From assembly GCA_029552125.1 (NCBI GenBank), contig JAKPEE010000069.1, positions 93,641 through 157,640 of the forward strand: a stretch of DNA of 64,000 nucleotides, read 5' to 3'. How positions within the stretch are numbered: the stretch's first letter is position 1; each line of letters starts with the position of its first letter. Below, in pieces: positions 27,219 through 38,481 of this stretch. The notes under the pieces are model-generated. The model was not told the origin of the DNA, made no database searches, and saw only the letters and a list, made by a program, of their open reading frames with translations. The DNA is from Bacillota bacterium. GTDB lineage: Bacteria; Bacillota; Dethiobacteria; DTU022. The translations under genes and the position numbers were made by a program.

Positions 27219-27659
27219 TTATCTCAAGATATCTGTCTGAGCAGCTTGAGCCAGCCTGCTCAGCCTCTCCCAGAGGTCCTGGCTGTGCTTCCGCAAAGCC
27301 ACCGGGCGCCCGGCGCGGTTTGTAAAAGCATGTTCCGTGCTGCCCCGGGCCAGGAGCTTCTCCCCGCGCCGCACTTCGTACTCAAAAATCACCCGGGTCT
27401 GCCGCAGCTCCTTGATCCTGGTAAACACGGCTACTTCATCGTCATAACGGGCCGCTGATTTATACTCGACTACTGCCCTAATCACCGGCAGGAAAAGCCC
27501 GTTTTGTTCAAATTCCAGGTACGGCAGGCCCAGCCGGCGCATATACTCTGCGCGCCCCGCCTCAAACCAGACCAGGTAGTTGGCATGGTAGACTACGCCC
27601 ATCTGATCGGTATCGGCATAGCGGACGCGGATTACGGTTTTTGACGCTTGATCGAACAC
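27219..27659 (-). CDS. Acyl-CoA thioesterase of the 4HBT/YbgC hot-dog fold family.
   Basis: VRYADTDQMGVVYHANYLVWFEAGR is the hot-dog thioesterase signature. The start is placed at the GTG preceded by AGGAGGA plus an 8-nt spacer. The track's longer N-terminus has no SD. Confidence 0.75.
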   Translation of the reverse strand: MFDQASKTVIRVRYADTDQMGVVYHANYLVWFEAGRAEYMRRLGLPYLEFEQNGLFLPVIRAVVEYKSAARYDDEVAVFTRIKELRQTRVIFEYEVRRGEKLLARGSTEHAFTNRAGRPVALRKHSQDLWERLSRLAQAAQTDILR

Positions 27660-27742
27660 GATCGGAGTCCTCCTAACCCTAAAAACGATCACTGGCCAAT
27701 AAAATATTTACCGCATCAGCCCCGTTATAATTTTCAGTAAAG

Positions 27743-29020
27743 TCACGGGCCGTCCCCGCTGGAATCCAAATCGTAGATTACCAGCCCGCTGGGCAGCTTG
27801 GGGTAGAAATAGGTTGATTTCTGAGGCATTTTTTCCCCCCGGGAAGCCCGGTCAGTCAACTCTTGTATGGGTGTGGCGTTAAGGAGAAAGGCGGCCTGCG
27901 CCTTTTGGCGGTAGATCATCTCCAAAACTTCGTACTCATCTTTGCTGTAACTGACGTGCTCTTCAAAAGCGGAAGGTTCCATATCGGTAAAAAGGGGTGC
28001 CAGCAGGCGGTTATTCAGAATGGAAACATCCAGGGTATCCTCAGCAAAATCTCCCTGAAGCAGCAGCGCCGCTTCCTCTGTGATCAGCCCAAAGGCCGGT
28101 GCAGCCGCCCCCCTGACCTTAATCTCTGCCAGAAATGATGGCAGGTCCGCGGCCCGCAGGGAGCCCCATTCCGTCACCTTAAACTTTTCGCGCGCTGCGC
28201 GCAGCAGCCCGGCTATTTGGGCCGGAGTCAATCCGCTTAAAACACGGTGCGTGGGCAGGATAACCAGGCCCGGATCGCGCAGGCTGACCAGGATTGAGAG
28301 GACGTAACCGCGTCCGGGGTGGCGTCTCAGATCGGACTCTCCAGCAAAGGCCACGGCGGTTTCATAGCGGTGGTGGCCGTCGGCGATGAAAACAGGCCGG
28401 GAAGCCATGAATTCAATCAGCCTGTTTTGCAGATCCAATTCATCCAGCGCCCAGAGGATGTGCCGCTCGGTTCCTTCGGGCATGGTTATATCACAAAGGG
28501 GAGCACCCTTCTTGACAGCGCCCATGATCTGGCCGGCTACATCGCCGGGATCTGAAAAAAGCCCGAAAATGGGACTGAAATTGGCGCGGCAGTGCCTAAG
28601 CAACTCAAGGCGGTCCGACTTTGCTTTCCGATGGGTCTCTTCATGGGGCAGTACAGTTTTGTGATCGTAGGGCTCCGCCTTTAAAGCGGCAACCAGCCCC
28701 GTGCGCCTATAGGTGTTTTCACGGTAGGTAAATGTTTGTTCATATATGTAGAATACTTTCTTCTCTTCCCGGCGCAGCACCCCCTCGTTCAACCACCTTT
28801 GCCAGGTGCCGGCGGCCCTGGTATAACGGTTGTTGGCCGCGGAATCGTTTCCGCCGCTGTATCCGTATTCCAGCCGGATGATATTGTAAGGGCTGCGGCG
28901 ATAATAAATGGCCTGTTCTTCGGGTTTAATCACATCATATGGTGGAGTAATCACGGCACCGAGATCGCCTGTCAAATATTCATTATAACGAATACCTCTG
29001 AACGGTAAAATTGTAGCCAA
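27743..29020 (-). CDS. DUF1015 family protein.
   Basis: Conserved DUF1015 blocks (ILPFRGIRYN, IADGHHRYETA). Start reassigned to TTG at 29020, preceded by GGAGGGAGG, giving MATILPFRGIRY. Confidence 0.75.
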   Translation of the reverse strand: MATILPFRGIRYNEYLTGDLGAVITPPYDVIKPEEQAIYYRRSPYNIIRLEYGYSGGNDSAANNRYTRAAGTWQRWLNEGVLRREEKKVFYIYEQTFTYRENTYRRTGLVAALKAEPYDHKTVLPHEETHRKAKSDRLELLRHCRANFSPIFGLFSDPGDVAGQIMGAVKKGAPLCDITMPEGTERHILWALDELDLQNRLIEFMASRPVFIADGHHRYETAVAFAGESDLRRHPGRGYVLSILVSLRDPGLVILPTHRVLSGLTPAQIAGLLRAAREKFKVTEWGSLRAADLPSFLAEIKVRGAAAPAFGLITEEAALLLQGDFAEDTLDVSILNNRLLAPLFTDMEPSAFEEHVSYSKDEYEVLEMIYRQKAQAAFLLNATPIQELTDRASRGEKMPQKSTYFYPKLPSGLVIYDLDSSGDGP

Positions 29021-29284
29021 CCAAGACAGCCTCCCTCCTGCATGCAAAGAAATCTTATAATAAATAAAGGGGCTTTGCAACTGCATCTTCACCCCATCAG
29101 GATGCTTTCTTCCGGCTGCGCCGGTCCGGGCAGTTTAACCATTTAACCGGATCAATTGCGCCTCGCCTCGGTACGCCGCATCCATATTTTGCTGATTCTT
29201 TCCTGGGCTGGCTGAGTATAGGTAATTTAAAATTAGGTCAAAATAGCTTAGGCCTTTAGATCATGTGCCGGAGAGGTGGAGATA

Positions 29285-31489
29285 ATGCAAGTCGGGATAC
29301 CCCGGGTATTATCTTTTTTCTATTATTTTCCTTTCTATAAAACATTTCTTGAAGAGATCGGCTGCCGGGTTATCCTCTCCCGGCCCACCAGTTCCCGCAC
29401 CCTGGAAAACTTGTCGCTTTGCCCCACCGATGAACCATGTATCTCGGTAAAGCTGGCTTTCCCCCACTGTGCCGAACTGCTGGAGCGGGGCGTGGAGCGG
29501 TTGTTTTTACCCACCTTGGTTAGTGCCGACCGTTACAGTTTTTATTGCCCCAAGCATATAGGGCTGCCGGCCATGATCCGCAGCGGGCTGGATCTGCCCC
29601 GTGATTTTGTGATCGCACCGGAAATAAACTGGCGTTTAGATCCCTCCCGCAGCATGGAGGCCCTTTTCGAAGCAGGGCGCAGGCTGGGGGCCTCCCGAAA
29701 AGTGGTGCAGGACGCTTTTTACCTGGCCTGGCGCTTCCAAAGTTATTTTACCCGTACGGCCGTACAGCAACGGTTGACTTATCCGCAAGCTCTGGAAAAA
29801 CTGGCCGGGGTACCCTTTTTTCATCGCCGCAGGCCTTATAACCCGCGGGCTGTCTTTAACGCCGCTTTGCGGGTCGGTGTCGTGGGCCATAGCTATATTC
29901 TTTACGACTTGATCGGCCACAACCTGGTGGAGCGGCTCAAAGAGCATGCCACTGTGCTGGTGCCGGAAATGGTGCCCCGTCGGGAGATACGGCGCTCCCT
30001 GGAAGAGGCAGTTTACGGTAAAGAACTGTGGAGTTTTGAACAGATTATTCTGGGAAGCGCCCTCTACTGGCTTAAAACAAGGGCGGTCGATTGTTTAATT
30101 CTAATTGGCCCTTTTGAGTGCGGGCCGGAAGCGGTTATTGAAGTGTTTCTGGAAGAAGAAGCGGAAAAACACGGGGTGCCGCTGTTAATTTTAACGGTTG
30201 ACGAGCAGACCGGGGAAGCCGGCCTGGTGACCCGGCTGGAGGCGTTTCTGGATACCGCCGCTGAGGCGGCGCAATGGAGGCGGGACCCCGGGCACCATCA
30301 GCGGCAGCACACCGGCAGCACAAAGCCCGCCAGATTCCTACCCCCGCCGCTGCCGGAAAAGAGAGTCCTGGGGTTCCCCACAATGGGCCACCTGAGCATC
30401 GCCCTGGCCACAATTTTTGGGGGCGATCTGGTCAACACCATCGGCCCTCTGCCGATTACCAGGCGGACGGCAGAACTGGGCGCGGAGCTCACTCCGGAAT
30501 TTATCTGTTATCCGATGACGGTAACCATCGGCCAGATGCGCCAGTGCCTTGAAGCAGGGGCAAATACCCTGATCATGGTCGGCGGGAAAGGGCGCTGCCG
30601 CCTGGGCTGGTATGCCGAGTTGCAAGAAGCGCTGTTGAAGCGGGCCGGATATGAATTTGAAATGGTGACCATTAATTCGCCGCTGCCGCTGCAGCAAAAT
30701 TACCAGCCATTTGTCGAAGCCATAAAACAAATACTGGGACATCTGCCGCCTCAGAAACTGCTCTACAGCGCTCTACTGGGCTATGCCAAAGCGGCTGCCG
30801 CCGAAAAAGCCGAGGCGGCCCTTTATGCCTTGCGAGCCAGGGAAAAAAGGCGGGGGGAGGCTGACCGCTGTTTCAAGAGGCTGGAGCGATCGCTAAAGGA
30901 GGCCGCCTCTCTAAGCAGCATCAAGGAGGCCCTGCGCCAGTTTCAGGCGGAAACATCTGCCATCGTGCTGGCGGAGGGTCCGCCGCCTTTAAAAGTGCGC
31001 TTGATTGGAGAGATATATGCGGTCTTTGAACATTTTGTCAATCATGAAATTGCCCGGACCCTTGGCTCTCTCGAAGATATTCGCATTGAGGTGCAAACAG
31101 AGATCACTGTCTTAAACTGGTTCCGGCAAAATATATTACATACCCCCGCCTCGCTATGGCGGCACCGCCAGATCGCCCGGGCTGCCCACCCCTACCTGGA
31201 GAACCTGGTCGGGGGGCATGGGTTGGACAGCGTCGGCCTGACCGCTCTGGCACCCGGTGAGGGTATCGATGGCGTAATCCACCTGTGGCCCTTTACCTGC
31301 ATGCCGGAAATTATTGCCCAGAGTATTCTCACCAGGGTAGTACGGGAGAAAGAAATACCGCTGTTGACGGTAATAGTCAACGAGCAAACCGGGGAAGCCG
31401 GCCTGCAGACCCGGATAGAATCTTTTGCCCATATCTTGCAGGAAAGAAAAGCGGCAAGGGAGGAGAAGCAGACATGTCTTGCTTTCTAG
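29285..31489 (+). CDS. Activase-associated protein with two tandem DUF2229 domains (the non-ATPase partner of a 'CoA-substrate-specific enzyme activase').
   Basis: The domain is duplicated, with GPFECGPE in the first copy and WPFTCMPE in the second, each followed by an ...LL(I/T)V(D/N)EQTGEAGL(V/Q)TR(L/I)E(A/S)F block. ATG at 29285 follows the AGAGGTGGAG RBS, and the 3' end overlaps the activase gene. Confidence 0.7.
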   Translation: MQVGIPRVLSFFYYFPFYKTFLEEIGCRVILSRPTSSRTLENLSLCPTDEPCISVKLAFPHCAELLERGVERLFLPTLVSADRYSFYCPKHIGLPAMIRSGLDLPRDFVIAPEINWRLDPSRSMEALFEAGRRLGASRKVVQDAFYLAWRFQSYFTRTAVQQRLTYPQALEKLAGVPFFHRRRPYNPRAVFNAALRVGVVGHSYILYDLIGHNLVERLKEHATVLVPEMVPRREIRRSLEEAVYGKELWSFEQIILGSALYWLKTRAVDCLILIGPFECGPEAVIEVFLEEEAEKHGVPLLILTVDEQTGEAGLVTRLEAFLDTAAEAAQWRRDPGHHQRQHTGSTKPARFLPPPLPEKRVLGFPTMGHLSIALATIFGGDLVNTIGPLPITRRTAELGAELTPEFICYPMTVTIGQMRQCLEAGANTLIMVGGKGRCRLGWYAELQEALLKRAGYEFEMVTINSPLPLQQNYQPFVEAIKQILGHLPPQKLLYSALLGYAKAAAAEKAEAALYALRAREKRRGEADRCFKRLERSLKEAASLSSIKEALRQFQAETSAIVLAEGPPPLKVRLIGEIYAVFEHFVNHEIARTLGSLEDIRIEVQTEITVLNWFRQNILHTPASLWRHRQIARAAHPYLENLVGGHGLDSVGLTALAPGEGIDGVIHLWPFTCMPEIIAQSILTRVVREKEIPLLTVIVNEQTGEAGLQTRIESFAHILQERKAAREEKQTCLAF

Positions 31490-32484
31490 GAGTAGATGTC
31501 GGCAGTTTGACCACAAAAATAGTGGTGATCGATGACAGCCTGGAAGTGGTTTTTTCCGCGTACCGGCGCAATGAAGGCGGTCCTATAGAGGCCTTGCAAA
31601 AATTATTCGCTACCGCCGCCCTTCAACGCTACCCGGTTGCCGCCGCCGGGACCACCGGATCGGGGAGACACCTGGCTGCGGTCATCATCGGTGCTGATGT
31701 GGTAGTTAATGAAATTACCGCCCATGCCCTGGCCGCCAGATCGGTGGAAGAGGATGTCCAGACAGTTATCGATATCGGCGGGCAGGATTCAAAAATTATT
31801 TATCTCAAAAAAGGTGTCTCCGTGGGATTCAATATGAATACCGTTTGCGCCGCCGGAACCGGCTCTTTCCTGGATCACCAGGCAGCCAGGCTTAATATTC
31901 CCATCGAAGAATTTGGCGGCTATGCGCTGCGTTCGCGAAATCCCGCGGCCATCGCCGGGCGCTGCGGTGTTTTCGCCGAATCGGATTTGATTCACAAGCA
32001 ACAGTTGGGATACCGCAAAGAAGACTTGATTGCCGGACTGTGCCTGGCCCTGGCTAAAAATTATTTAACCAACGTGGCCCGCAACCGCAAACCCGAGCCC
32101 CTGGTCCTTTTTCAAGGCGGTGTAGCCGCCAATGCCGGGATGCGCTGGGCCCTGGAGAAACTGTTGAAAGTGGAGCTGCACATACCCAAACACTATCAGG
32201 TCATGGGCGCGCTGGGGGCGGCTATCCTGGCCCGAAATAAATTGATCGCCGGAGGTATCGGCGCCACATCTTTTCGCAGTGCCGCCGCCATCTCCGCCAG
32301 CAGCTACCAGCCCAGGGGCTTTATCTGCCATGACTGTGCCAATAACTGCGAAATTAGCGAGCTATACATTGAAGGGTTCCTGGCCAGCCGCTGGGGCAGC
32401 CGCTGCGGGAAATGGGCGGATACAGAAAGGGGCGGCAGAAAAAGTGCTGCCACAAAAAGGAAAGAAGCGGTCCACCCGCTTTAG
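31474..32484 (+). CDS. CoA-substrate-specific enzyme activase (BadF/BadG/BcrA/BcrD ATPase family, HgdC-like).
   Basis: The N-terminus MSCFLGVDVGSLTTKIVVIDD (actin-like ATPase phosphate-1 motif) and DIGGQDSKII. RBS GGGAGGAG precedes the ATG at 31474. The long upstream extension in the track is rejected. Confidence 0.8.
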   Translation: MSCFLGVDVGSLTTKIVVIDDSLEVVFSAYRRNEGGPIEALQKLFATAALQRYPVAAAGTTGSGRHLAAVIIGADVVVNEITAHALAARSVEEDVQTVIDIGGQDSKIIYLKKGVSVGFNMNTVCAAGTGSFLDHQAARLNIPIEEFGGYALRSRNPAAIAGRCGVFAESDLIHKQQLGYRKEDLIAGLCLALAKNYLTNVARNRKPEPLVLFQGGVAANAGMRWALEKLLKVELHIPKHYQVMGALGAAILARNKLIAGGIGATSFRSAAAISASSYQPRGFICHDCANNCEISELYIEGFLASRWGSRCGKWADTERGGRKSAATKRKEAVHPL

Positions 32485-32557
32485 CACCGCTGTAATTTAA
32501 GCACTACGGCGGTAAATAATGAAAATCCGGGTCAGCTTCTGCGGCGCTTCCGAAGCA

Positions 32558-32586
32558 TTGCTATTTGGTAAGAACTGTGCTATACT
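32558..32586 (+). promoter_or_regulatory. Sigma-A promoter of the rpsB-tsf operon.
   Basis: TTGCTA-N17-TATACT, followed by a leader of about 110 nt with GC-rich inverted repeats (GTTGCC...GGCAAC). Confidence 0.55.
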
Positions 32587-32696
32587 TACCGGTGGAATTT
32601 TACTACACACGCCCGCGAGAACGGTTGCCTGGTCGGCTTCGTGCCGCGGCAACATCGATGACCCGGGCGGTGGCAAACCAAAAGGAGGATCTTTAT

Positions 32697-33530
32697 ATGG
32701 CCGTCATCAGCATGAAGCAACTGTTGGAAGCAGGGGTTCACTTCGGACACCAGACCCGGCGCTGGAACCCCAAGATGAAAAATTATATCTTTACCGAACG
32801 CAACGGGATTTACATCATCGACCTGCAAAAAACCGTAAAACTTATGGAAGTGGCGTACAATTTCGTTCGCGATGTTGTTGCCGGAGGCGGCAGCATTATT
32901 TTTGTCGGCACCAAAAAACAGGCCCAGGAATCAATCAAGGTGGAAGCGGAAAGGTGCGGCATGCATTATGTTAATCAACGCTGGCTGGGCGGCATGCTGA
33001 CCAATTTCAAAACGATCCGCAACCGCATTGAACGGATGATTCAGCTTGAAAAAATGGAAACAGACGGTACCTTTGAGCGGCTGCCCAAAAAAGAGGTGCT
33101 CGTACTGCGCCATGAACATGAGAAACTGCTAAAATTCCTGGGCGGGATCAGGAACATGAGTCATCTTCCCGATGCCATCTATGTGGTCGACCCGCGTAAA
33201 GAAAAAATTGCCGTGGCTGAAGCAAGAAAGCTTAATATTCCCATAATCGCCATTGTGGACACCAACTGCGACCCCGATGAAGTCGACTATATTATTCCCG
33301 GTAACGATGATGCGATCAGGGCGGTTAAACTGATTACTTCGTGCATGGCCGACGCCGTGCTGGAAGGGAAGCGGAGCCTGGAGGCGGAAGATGAAGGCCA
33401 GGAAGAAGTAGCCTATAACGAAACCGGGGCCGGCGCAGAAGGCTCTGCGGATAGCGACGCCGCCACGGATGAGGGGGAAGCAGAAGAGGAAGAGAAAATT
33501 CAAACGGCCGAAGTGGCTGAAGATTATTAG
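32697..33530 (+). CDS. rpsB: 30S ribosomal protein S2, with an acidic C-terminal tail.
   Basis: [38 protein letters not shown]. Confidence 0.9.
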   Translation: MAVISMKQLLEAGVHFGHQTRRWNPKMKNYIFTERNGIYIIDLQKTVKLMEVAYNFVRDVVAGGGSIIFVGTKKQAQESIKVEAERCGMHYVNQRWLGGMLTNFKTIRNRIERMIQLEKMETDGTFERLPKKEVLVLRHEHEKLLKFLGGIRNMSHLPDAIYVVDPRKEKIAVAEARKLNIPIIAIVDTNCDPDEVDYIIPGNDDAIRAVKLITSCMADAVLEGKRSLEAEDEGQEEVAYNETGAGAEGSADSDAATDEGEAEEEEKIQTAEVAEDY

Positions 33531-33573
33531 AACTGGTTGCTGCTTTTATTGATGGAATGAGGAGGTTGAAACG

Positions 33574-34200
33574 ATGCAGATAGACGCCAAAACTGTAAAA
33601 GCGCTGCGCGAGAAAACCGGGGCCGGCATGATGGATTGCAAAAAAGCACTGGTGGAAGCGCAGGGCAATGAAGAGAAAGCCATTGTAATTTTAAGAGAGA
33701 AAGGCCTGGCCGCCGCGGCGCGCCGCTCCGGTCGGGTTGCCAACGAGGGCATTGTCGAATCGTACATCCACCTGGGAGGCAAAGTGGGCGTCCTGGTTGA
33801 AGTAAACTGCGAAACAGACTTTGTGGCCCGCAACGAGCAGTTTCGCGCTTTTGTTCGTGAAATTTGCCTGCAGGTGGCTGCGGCCAACCCACAATATTTA
33901 AGTAAAGACGATGTCCCGGCCGGCATTCTGGAACAGGAACGGGAGATTTTACAGGCCCAGGCCAGGAATGAAGGTAAACCGGAACATGTCATCGACAGGA
34001 TCGTTGAAGGGCGTATGGAAAAGTTTTATAAGGAAAATTGCCTGCTGGAACAACCCTTCATTCGCGACCAGGAAAAAACGATTAAAGAGCTGCTGGCCGA
34101 GATTATCGCCAAGATCGGCGAAAATATTGTGATTCGCCGTTTTGCCAGGTTTGCCGTGGGTGAAGAAACGGCGGCAGAACCATCAACCGCCAATGCGTGA
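33574..34200 (+). CDS. tsf: Translation elongation factor Ts (short form).
   Basis: [28 protein letters not shown]. Confidence 0.9.
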   Translation: MQIDAKTVKALREKTGAGMMDCKKALVEAQGNEEKAIVILREKGLAAAARRSGRVANEGIVESYIHLGGKVGVLVEVNCETDFVARNEQFRAFVREICLQVAAANPQYLSKDDVPAGILEQEREILQAQARNEGKPEHVIDRIVEGRMEKFYKENCLLEQPFIRDQEKTIKELLAEIIAKIGENIVIRRFARFAVGEETAAEPSTANA

Positions 34201-35016
<816 letters not shown>

Positions 35017-35024
35017 TTTGCGGC

Positions 35025-35585
35025 ATGACGATCGAGGACATTTATTTGGAAGCTTCCGAAAGAATGGACAAGGCTATCGCCGCCTTACAGCGTGAGTATG
35101 CCACGGTACGGGCGGGGCGGGCCAACCCTTCCCTGCTGGACCGGATCGAGGTCAATTATTATGATACCATGACCCCGCTGAAGCAACTGGCCGGGATTTC
35201 AGCCCCGGAACCGCTCCTCCTGGTGATTCAACCCTGGGATAAAAAAGCTATTGCCGCCATTGAAAAAGCCATTCTCAAATCTGACCTGGGGCTGACACCG
35301 ACAAACGACGGCAATTTCATCAGGCTGGCCATCCCGCAGCTAACCGAGGAGAGGCGCCGCGAGCTGGTCAAATATGTGCGCAAGAAAGCAGAAGAAAGCA
35401 AGGTGGGCATCCGCAATATCCGCCGGGAAGCCAACGAAGAGATTAAGAAGTTGGAAAAAGAATCGGAAATATCGGAAGATGACCGGCGCCGCGCCCAGGA
35501 AGAGATCCAGGAACTTACAGATGAAAAAATTAAGGAAATCGACGCTATCCTGGAAAAAAAAGAGAAAGAAATCATGGAGATCTAA
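35025..35585 (+). CDS. frr: Ribosome recycling factor.
   Basis: Frr family pattern, including the conserved RRD/ANE region. Confidence 0.9.
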   Translation: MTIEDIYLEASERMDKAIAALQREYATVRAGRANPSLLDRIEVNYYDTMTPLKQLAGISAPEPLLLVIQPWDKKAIAAIEKAILKSDLGLTPTNDGNFIRLAIPQLTEERRRELVKYVRKKAEESKVGIRNIRREANEEIKKLEKESEISEDDRRRAQEEIQELTDEKIKEIDAILEKKEKEIMEI

Positions 35586-35685
35586 CTTTTCCACGACTAG
35601 CGGAAAAGCCCGGTCCCAGGAAATATAACGCGGGCGGCTCTCTCTAGGCAGGACATGAGGGAGCCGCTATTCGTGAAACGGTGGT

Positions 35686-36441
35686 ATGCATATGGATTCT
35701 AAAGCGCAGGAACTGGAGCTGCTGCAAAAAATTGATCGCAGCAAAATCCCCGCCCATGTAGCCATTATTATGGACGGCAACGGACGCTGGGCCCGCGAGA
35801 GGGGATTGCCAAGATCAGCCGGCCATAAACAGGGGGTAGAGACTGTAAGGGAAATAGTGCGCTATAGCAACTACCTGGGCATAAAGGTGCTAACTCTTTT
35901 TGCCTTTTCCACGGAAAACTGGAAACGCCCCCCCTGGGAAGTAAATTACCTCATGAGTTTGCCGGAACAGTATCTGCACTCAGAACTGCCTGAGCTAGTT
36001 AAAAATAATGTCAGGGTTAACTTCATCGGTGACCGCAAAAGACTGCCCCAGCAGGTCTGTGCGGCCATAGACAAAGGGCTGCAGGAAACCCGCAACAACA
36101 GTGGCATGGTTTTAAATTTTGCCCTTAATTATGGTGCCAGGGCGGAAATTGTGCAGGCAGCACGCCTCCTGGCTGAAGATGTACGCCAGGGAGTTATCGG
36201 TACTGACATAACCGAAGAGCAGTTCAGTGCCTATCTTTATACCGGGAGGCTGCAACTTCCGGATCCGGATCTGCTGATCCGGACCAGTGGAGAATATCGC
36301 CTCAGCAACTTTCTGCTGTGGCAGTTGGCTTACAGCGAGCTGTGGTTTACCCGGACTTACTGGCCGGATTTCAACCGGCTGCATTTGCTCCAGGCCATCT
36401 ATGACTTCCAGCAGCGGGAACGCCGCTTTGGAAAATCTTGA
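35686..36441 (+). CDS. uppS: Isoprenyl transferase (undecaprenyl-diphosphate synthase).
   Basis: HVAIIMDGNGRWA motif. Confidence 0.9.
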   Translation: MHMDSKAQELELLQKIDRSKIPAHVAIIMDGNGRWARERGLPRSAGHKQGVETVREIVRYSNYLGIKVLTLFAFSTENWKRPPWEVNYLMSLPEQYLHSELPELVKNNVRVNFIGDRKRLPQQVCAAIDKGLQETRNNSGMVLNFALNYGARAEIVQAARLLAEDVRQGVIGTDITEEQFSAYLYTGRLQLPDPDLLIRTSGEYRLSNFLLWQLAYSELWFTRTYWPDFNRLHLLQAIYDFQQRERRFGKS

Positions 36442-36464
36442 GTTCATGGAAAGGTGTGTGAATC

Positions 36465-37265
36465 ATGTTGCGCCTGCGCGTGCTCTCCGCACTGGTCGGT
36501 ATCCCGATTATGCTGGGAGCAATTTACCTGGGGGGACCCTGGTATACGTTTTTTCTCCTCCTGGTGGTAAACCTGGGCATGAGAGAATTCGACGCCATGC
36601 TAAAATCCAAAGGAAGCTACCTGCCGGCGATAATCGGATATGTTGGAGCAAGCGCCTTGATTATCCTGCTCTTCTTGCAGGAATTTAGCCTGGTCTTTCC
36701 ATTAATCATGATTATTTTTACCCTGCTGCTTTTAATGCAGCTAGCCCTGTTCGATAAAGTAAACTTTTGGGAATCAGCGATGCTCTTCTGGGGTATAATC
36801 TACCTGGGCGGATTATGTGGTTATATGCTGTTGCTGCGGCTGCTGCCGCAGGGTATTGTCTATACATATCTGTTATTCATCGCTGTCTGGATCCACGATA
36901 CCCTGGCCTATTTTATCGGCATCAAGTGGGGCCGCCGGAAACTGGCGCCGACCATCAGCCCCAATAAATCAGTGGAAGGATCCCTGGGGGGAGCCGCCGG
37001 TACCGTGATCCTGGCTGTGGCGGTATCGTTGCAGGCGCCGCACTTAACCGGTTTAACCTGGTTTGAGGCAGCTTTGCTCGGTCTGGGGATCTCAGTTTTT
37101 GCCCAACTGGGAGACTTGCTGGAGTCGGCTTTAAAACGAAAATTCCAGGTCAAAGACTCAGGAGCGCTGATTCCAGGACACGGCGGTATCCTTGATCGTT
37201 TTGACAGCCTGATGCTGGCCGCACCTTTTGTATATTACTTCTTTCGTTTCATAGAATTGTTTTAG
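36465..37265 (+). CDS. cdsA: Phosphatidate cytidylyltransferase.
   Basis: Polytopic membrane protein carrying the CdsA signature (SxxKRxxxxKDxxxxxPGHGGxxDRxD). Confidence 0.85.
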   Translation: MLRLRVLSALVGIPIMLGAIYLGGPWYTFFLLLVVNLGMREFDAMLKSKGSYLPAIIGYVGASALIILLFLQEFSLVFPLIMIIFTLLLLMQLALFDKVNFWESAMLFWGIIYLGGLCGYMLLLRLLPQGIVYTYLLFIAVWIHDTLAYFIGIKWGRRKLAPTISPNKSVEGSLGGAAGTVILAVAVSLQAPHLTGLTWFEAALLGLGISVFAQLGDLLESALKRKFQVKDSGALIPGHGGILDRFDSLMLAAPFVYYFFRFIELF

Positions 37266-37296
37266 ATCAAATAATTGGCGCGGTGGAGGAAAATTT

Positions 37297-38481
37297 ATGA
37301 CCAGGAATGTAGCCTTGCTTGGCTCCACCGGTTCAATCGGCCGCCAGACCCTTGAAGTGCTGGAAAACCTGGGCCCGGATTTCCGGGTGGCGGTGCTAAC
37401 GGCAAATAAAAATTATGCCTTGCTGGCCCAACAGGTGCGCCGCTATAAACCCGGCCTGGCCGTGCTCAGTGACCGGAGCGCCGCGGAAAAACTGTCCCGG
37501 GAAATTGACCCCGGCCTCTGCCGCATCGAGGCTGGCGCCGGGGCCCAGGTTCTTGCCGCAACGTGGCCTGGAGTGGACCTGGTGGTGGCGGCGCTGGTCG
37601 GATTCAGCGGCTTTGCTCCGGTGGTGGCCGCCTTGAAAGCAGGAAAAACCGTGGCCCTGTCCAACAAAGAATCCCTGGTGGTCGGCGGTGAACTGCTGGA
37701 GCGGGAAGGCTTGCTTAAGCGGGAGAAGCTTCTCCCGGTAGACAGCGAACATTCGGCTATCTGGCAATGCCTGGGAAACACTGCGGTTAGCCGGGTCAAC
37801 CGGATCTGGTTGACCGCTTCCGGCGGCCCTTTCCGGGATTGGCCCCGGGAGAAATTGTCTGCAGTGACACCGCGGCAGGCCCTGAATCACCCCAACTGGA
37901 GCATGGGGCCGAAAATTACCGTGGACTCGGCCACGCTGATGAATAAGGGTTTTGAAGTGCTTGAAGCAAGGTGGCTGTTCGGGATCGATTTGAACCGGAT
38001 TGAGGTGGTCATTCACCCCCAGAGCATTGTCCATTCCGCCGTTGAATATATCGACGGTTCGGTGCTGGCCCAGTTGGGCCTGCCGGATATGCGCACAGCG
38101 ATCCAGTACGCGCTTACCTTTCCGGACCGCAGGCCCACCAGGCTGCCCCGGTTGAATCTTTTCAACCAGAAGCTTACTTTTTACGAGCCGGACCGGGATC
38201 GTTTTCCCTGCCTTGATTTAGCTTTCCAGGCCGGAAGGAGCGGCGGCACGGCGCCGGCCTGTTTGAACGCCGCTAACGAGGTGGCGGTGGATTATTTTTT
38301 ACAAGGAAAGTTAACCTTTACCGGGATTCCTGAGGTCATTGACGCGGTATTGCAAGAACACCGTCCCGTCAGTGCGCCGGGAATGGAAGAAATCATGGCC
38401 GCGGATCAATGGGCGCGTCAAAAAGCCCGGGAATTAGTTGAAAACCCCAGGAACAGGAGTTGGTGCATATGCAAACCCTGA
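37297..38481 (+). CDS. dxr: 1-deoxy-D-xylulose-5-phosphate reductoisomerase.
   Basis: LLGSTGSIG N-terminus and Dxr core motifs. Confidence 0.9.
   Translation: MTRNVALLGSTGSIGRQTLEVLENLGPDFRVAVLTANKNYALLAQQVRRYKPGLAVLSDRSAAEKLSREIDPGLCRIEAGAGAQVLAATWPGVDLVVAALVGFSGFAPVVAALKAGKTVALSNKESLVVGGELLEREGLLKREKLLPVDSEHSAIWQCLGNTAVSRVNRIWLTASGGPFRDWPREKLSAVTPRQALNHPNWSMGPKITVDSATLMNKGFEVLEARWLFGIDLNRIEVVIHPQSIVHSAVEYIDGSVLAQLGLPDMRTAIQYALTFPDRRPTRLPRLNLFNQKLTFYEPDRDRFPCLDLAFQAGRSGGTAPACLNAANEVAVDYFLQGKLTFTGIPEVIDAVLQEHRPVSAPGMEEIMAADQWARQKARELVENPRNRSWCICKP

Noticed and set aside
27232-27262. Inverted repeat CTGAGCAG...CTGCTCAG resembling a terminator at the island's right edge.
   Set aside because: It lies inside the coding C-terminus of the convergent thioesterase gene and has no U-tract. 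It is probably coding.
31285-31473. N-terminal extension of 63 codons on the activase ORF (track start 31285).
   Set aside because: The extension lies inside the DUF2229 gene in another frame. The conserved activase N-terminus MSCFLGVDVGS begins at 31474 with a good RBS.
36767-37008. Two small +strand ORFs (36767..36967 and 36817..37008) inside cdsA.
   Set aside because: They are alternative frames of the cdsA coding region. The cdsA membrane-protein frame is clearly the real one.
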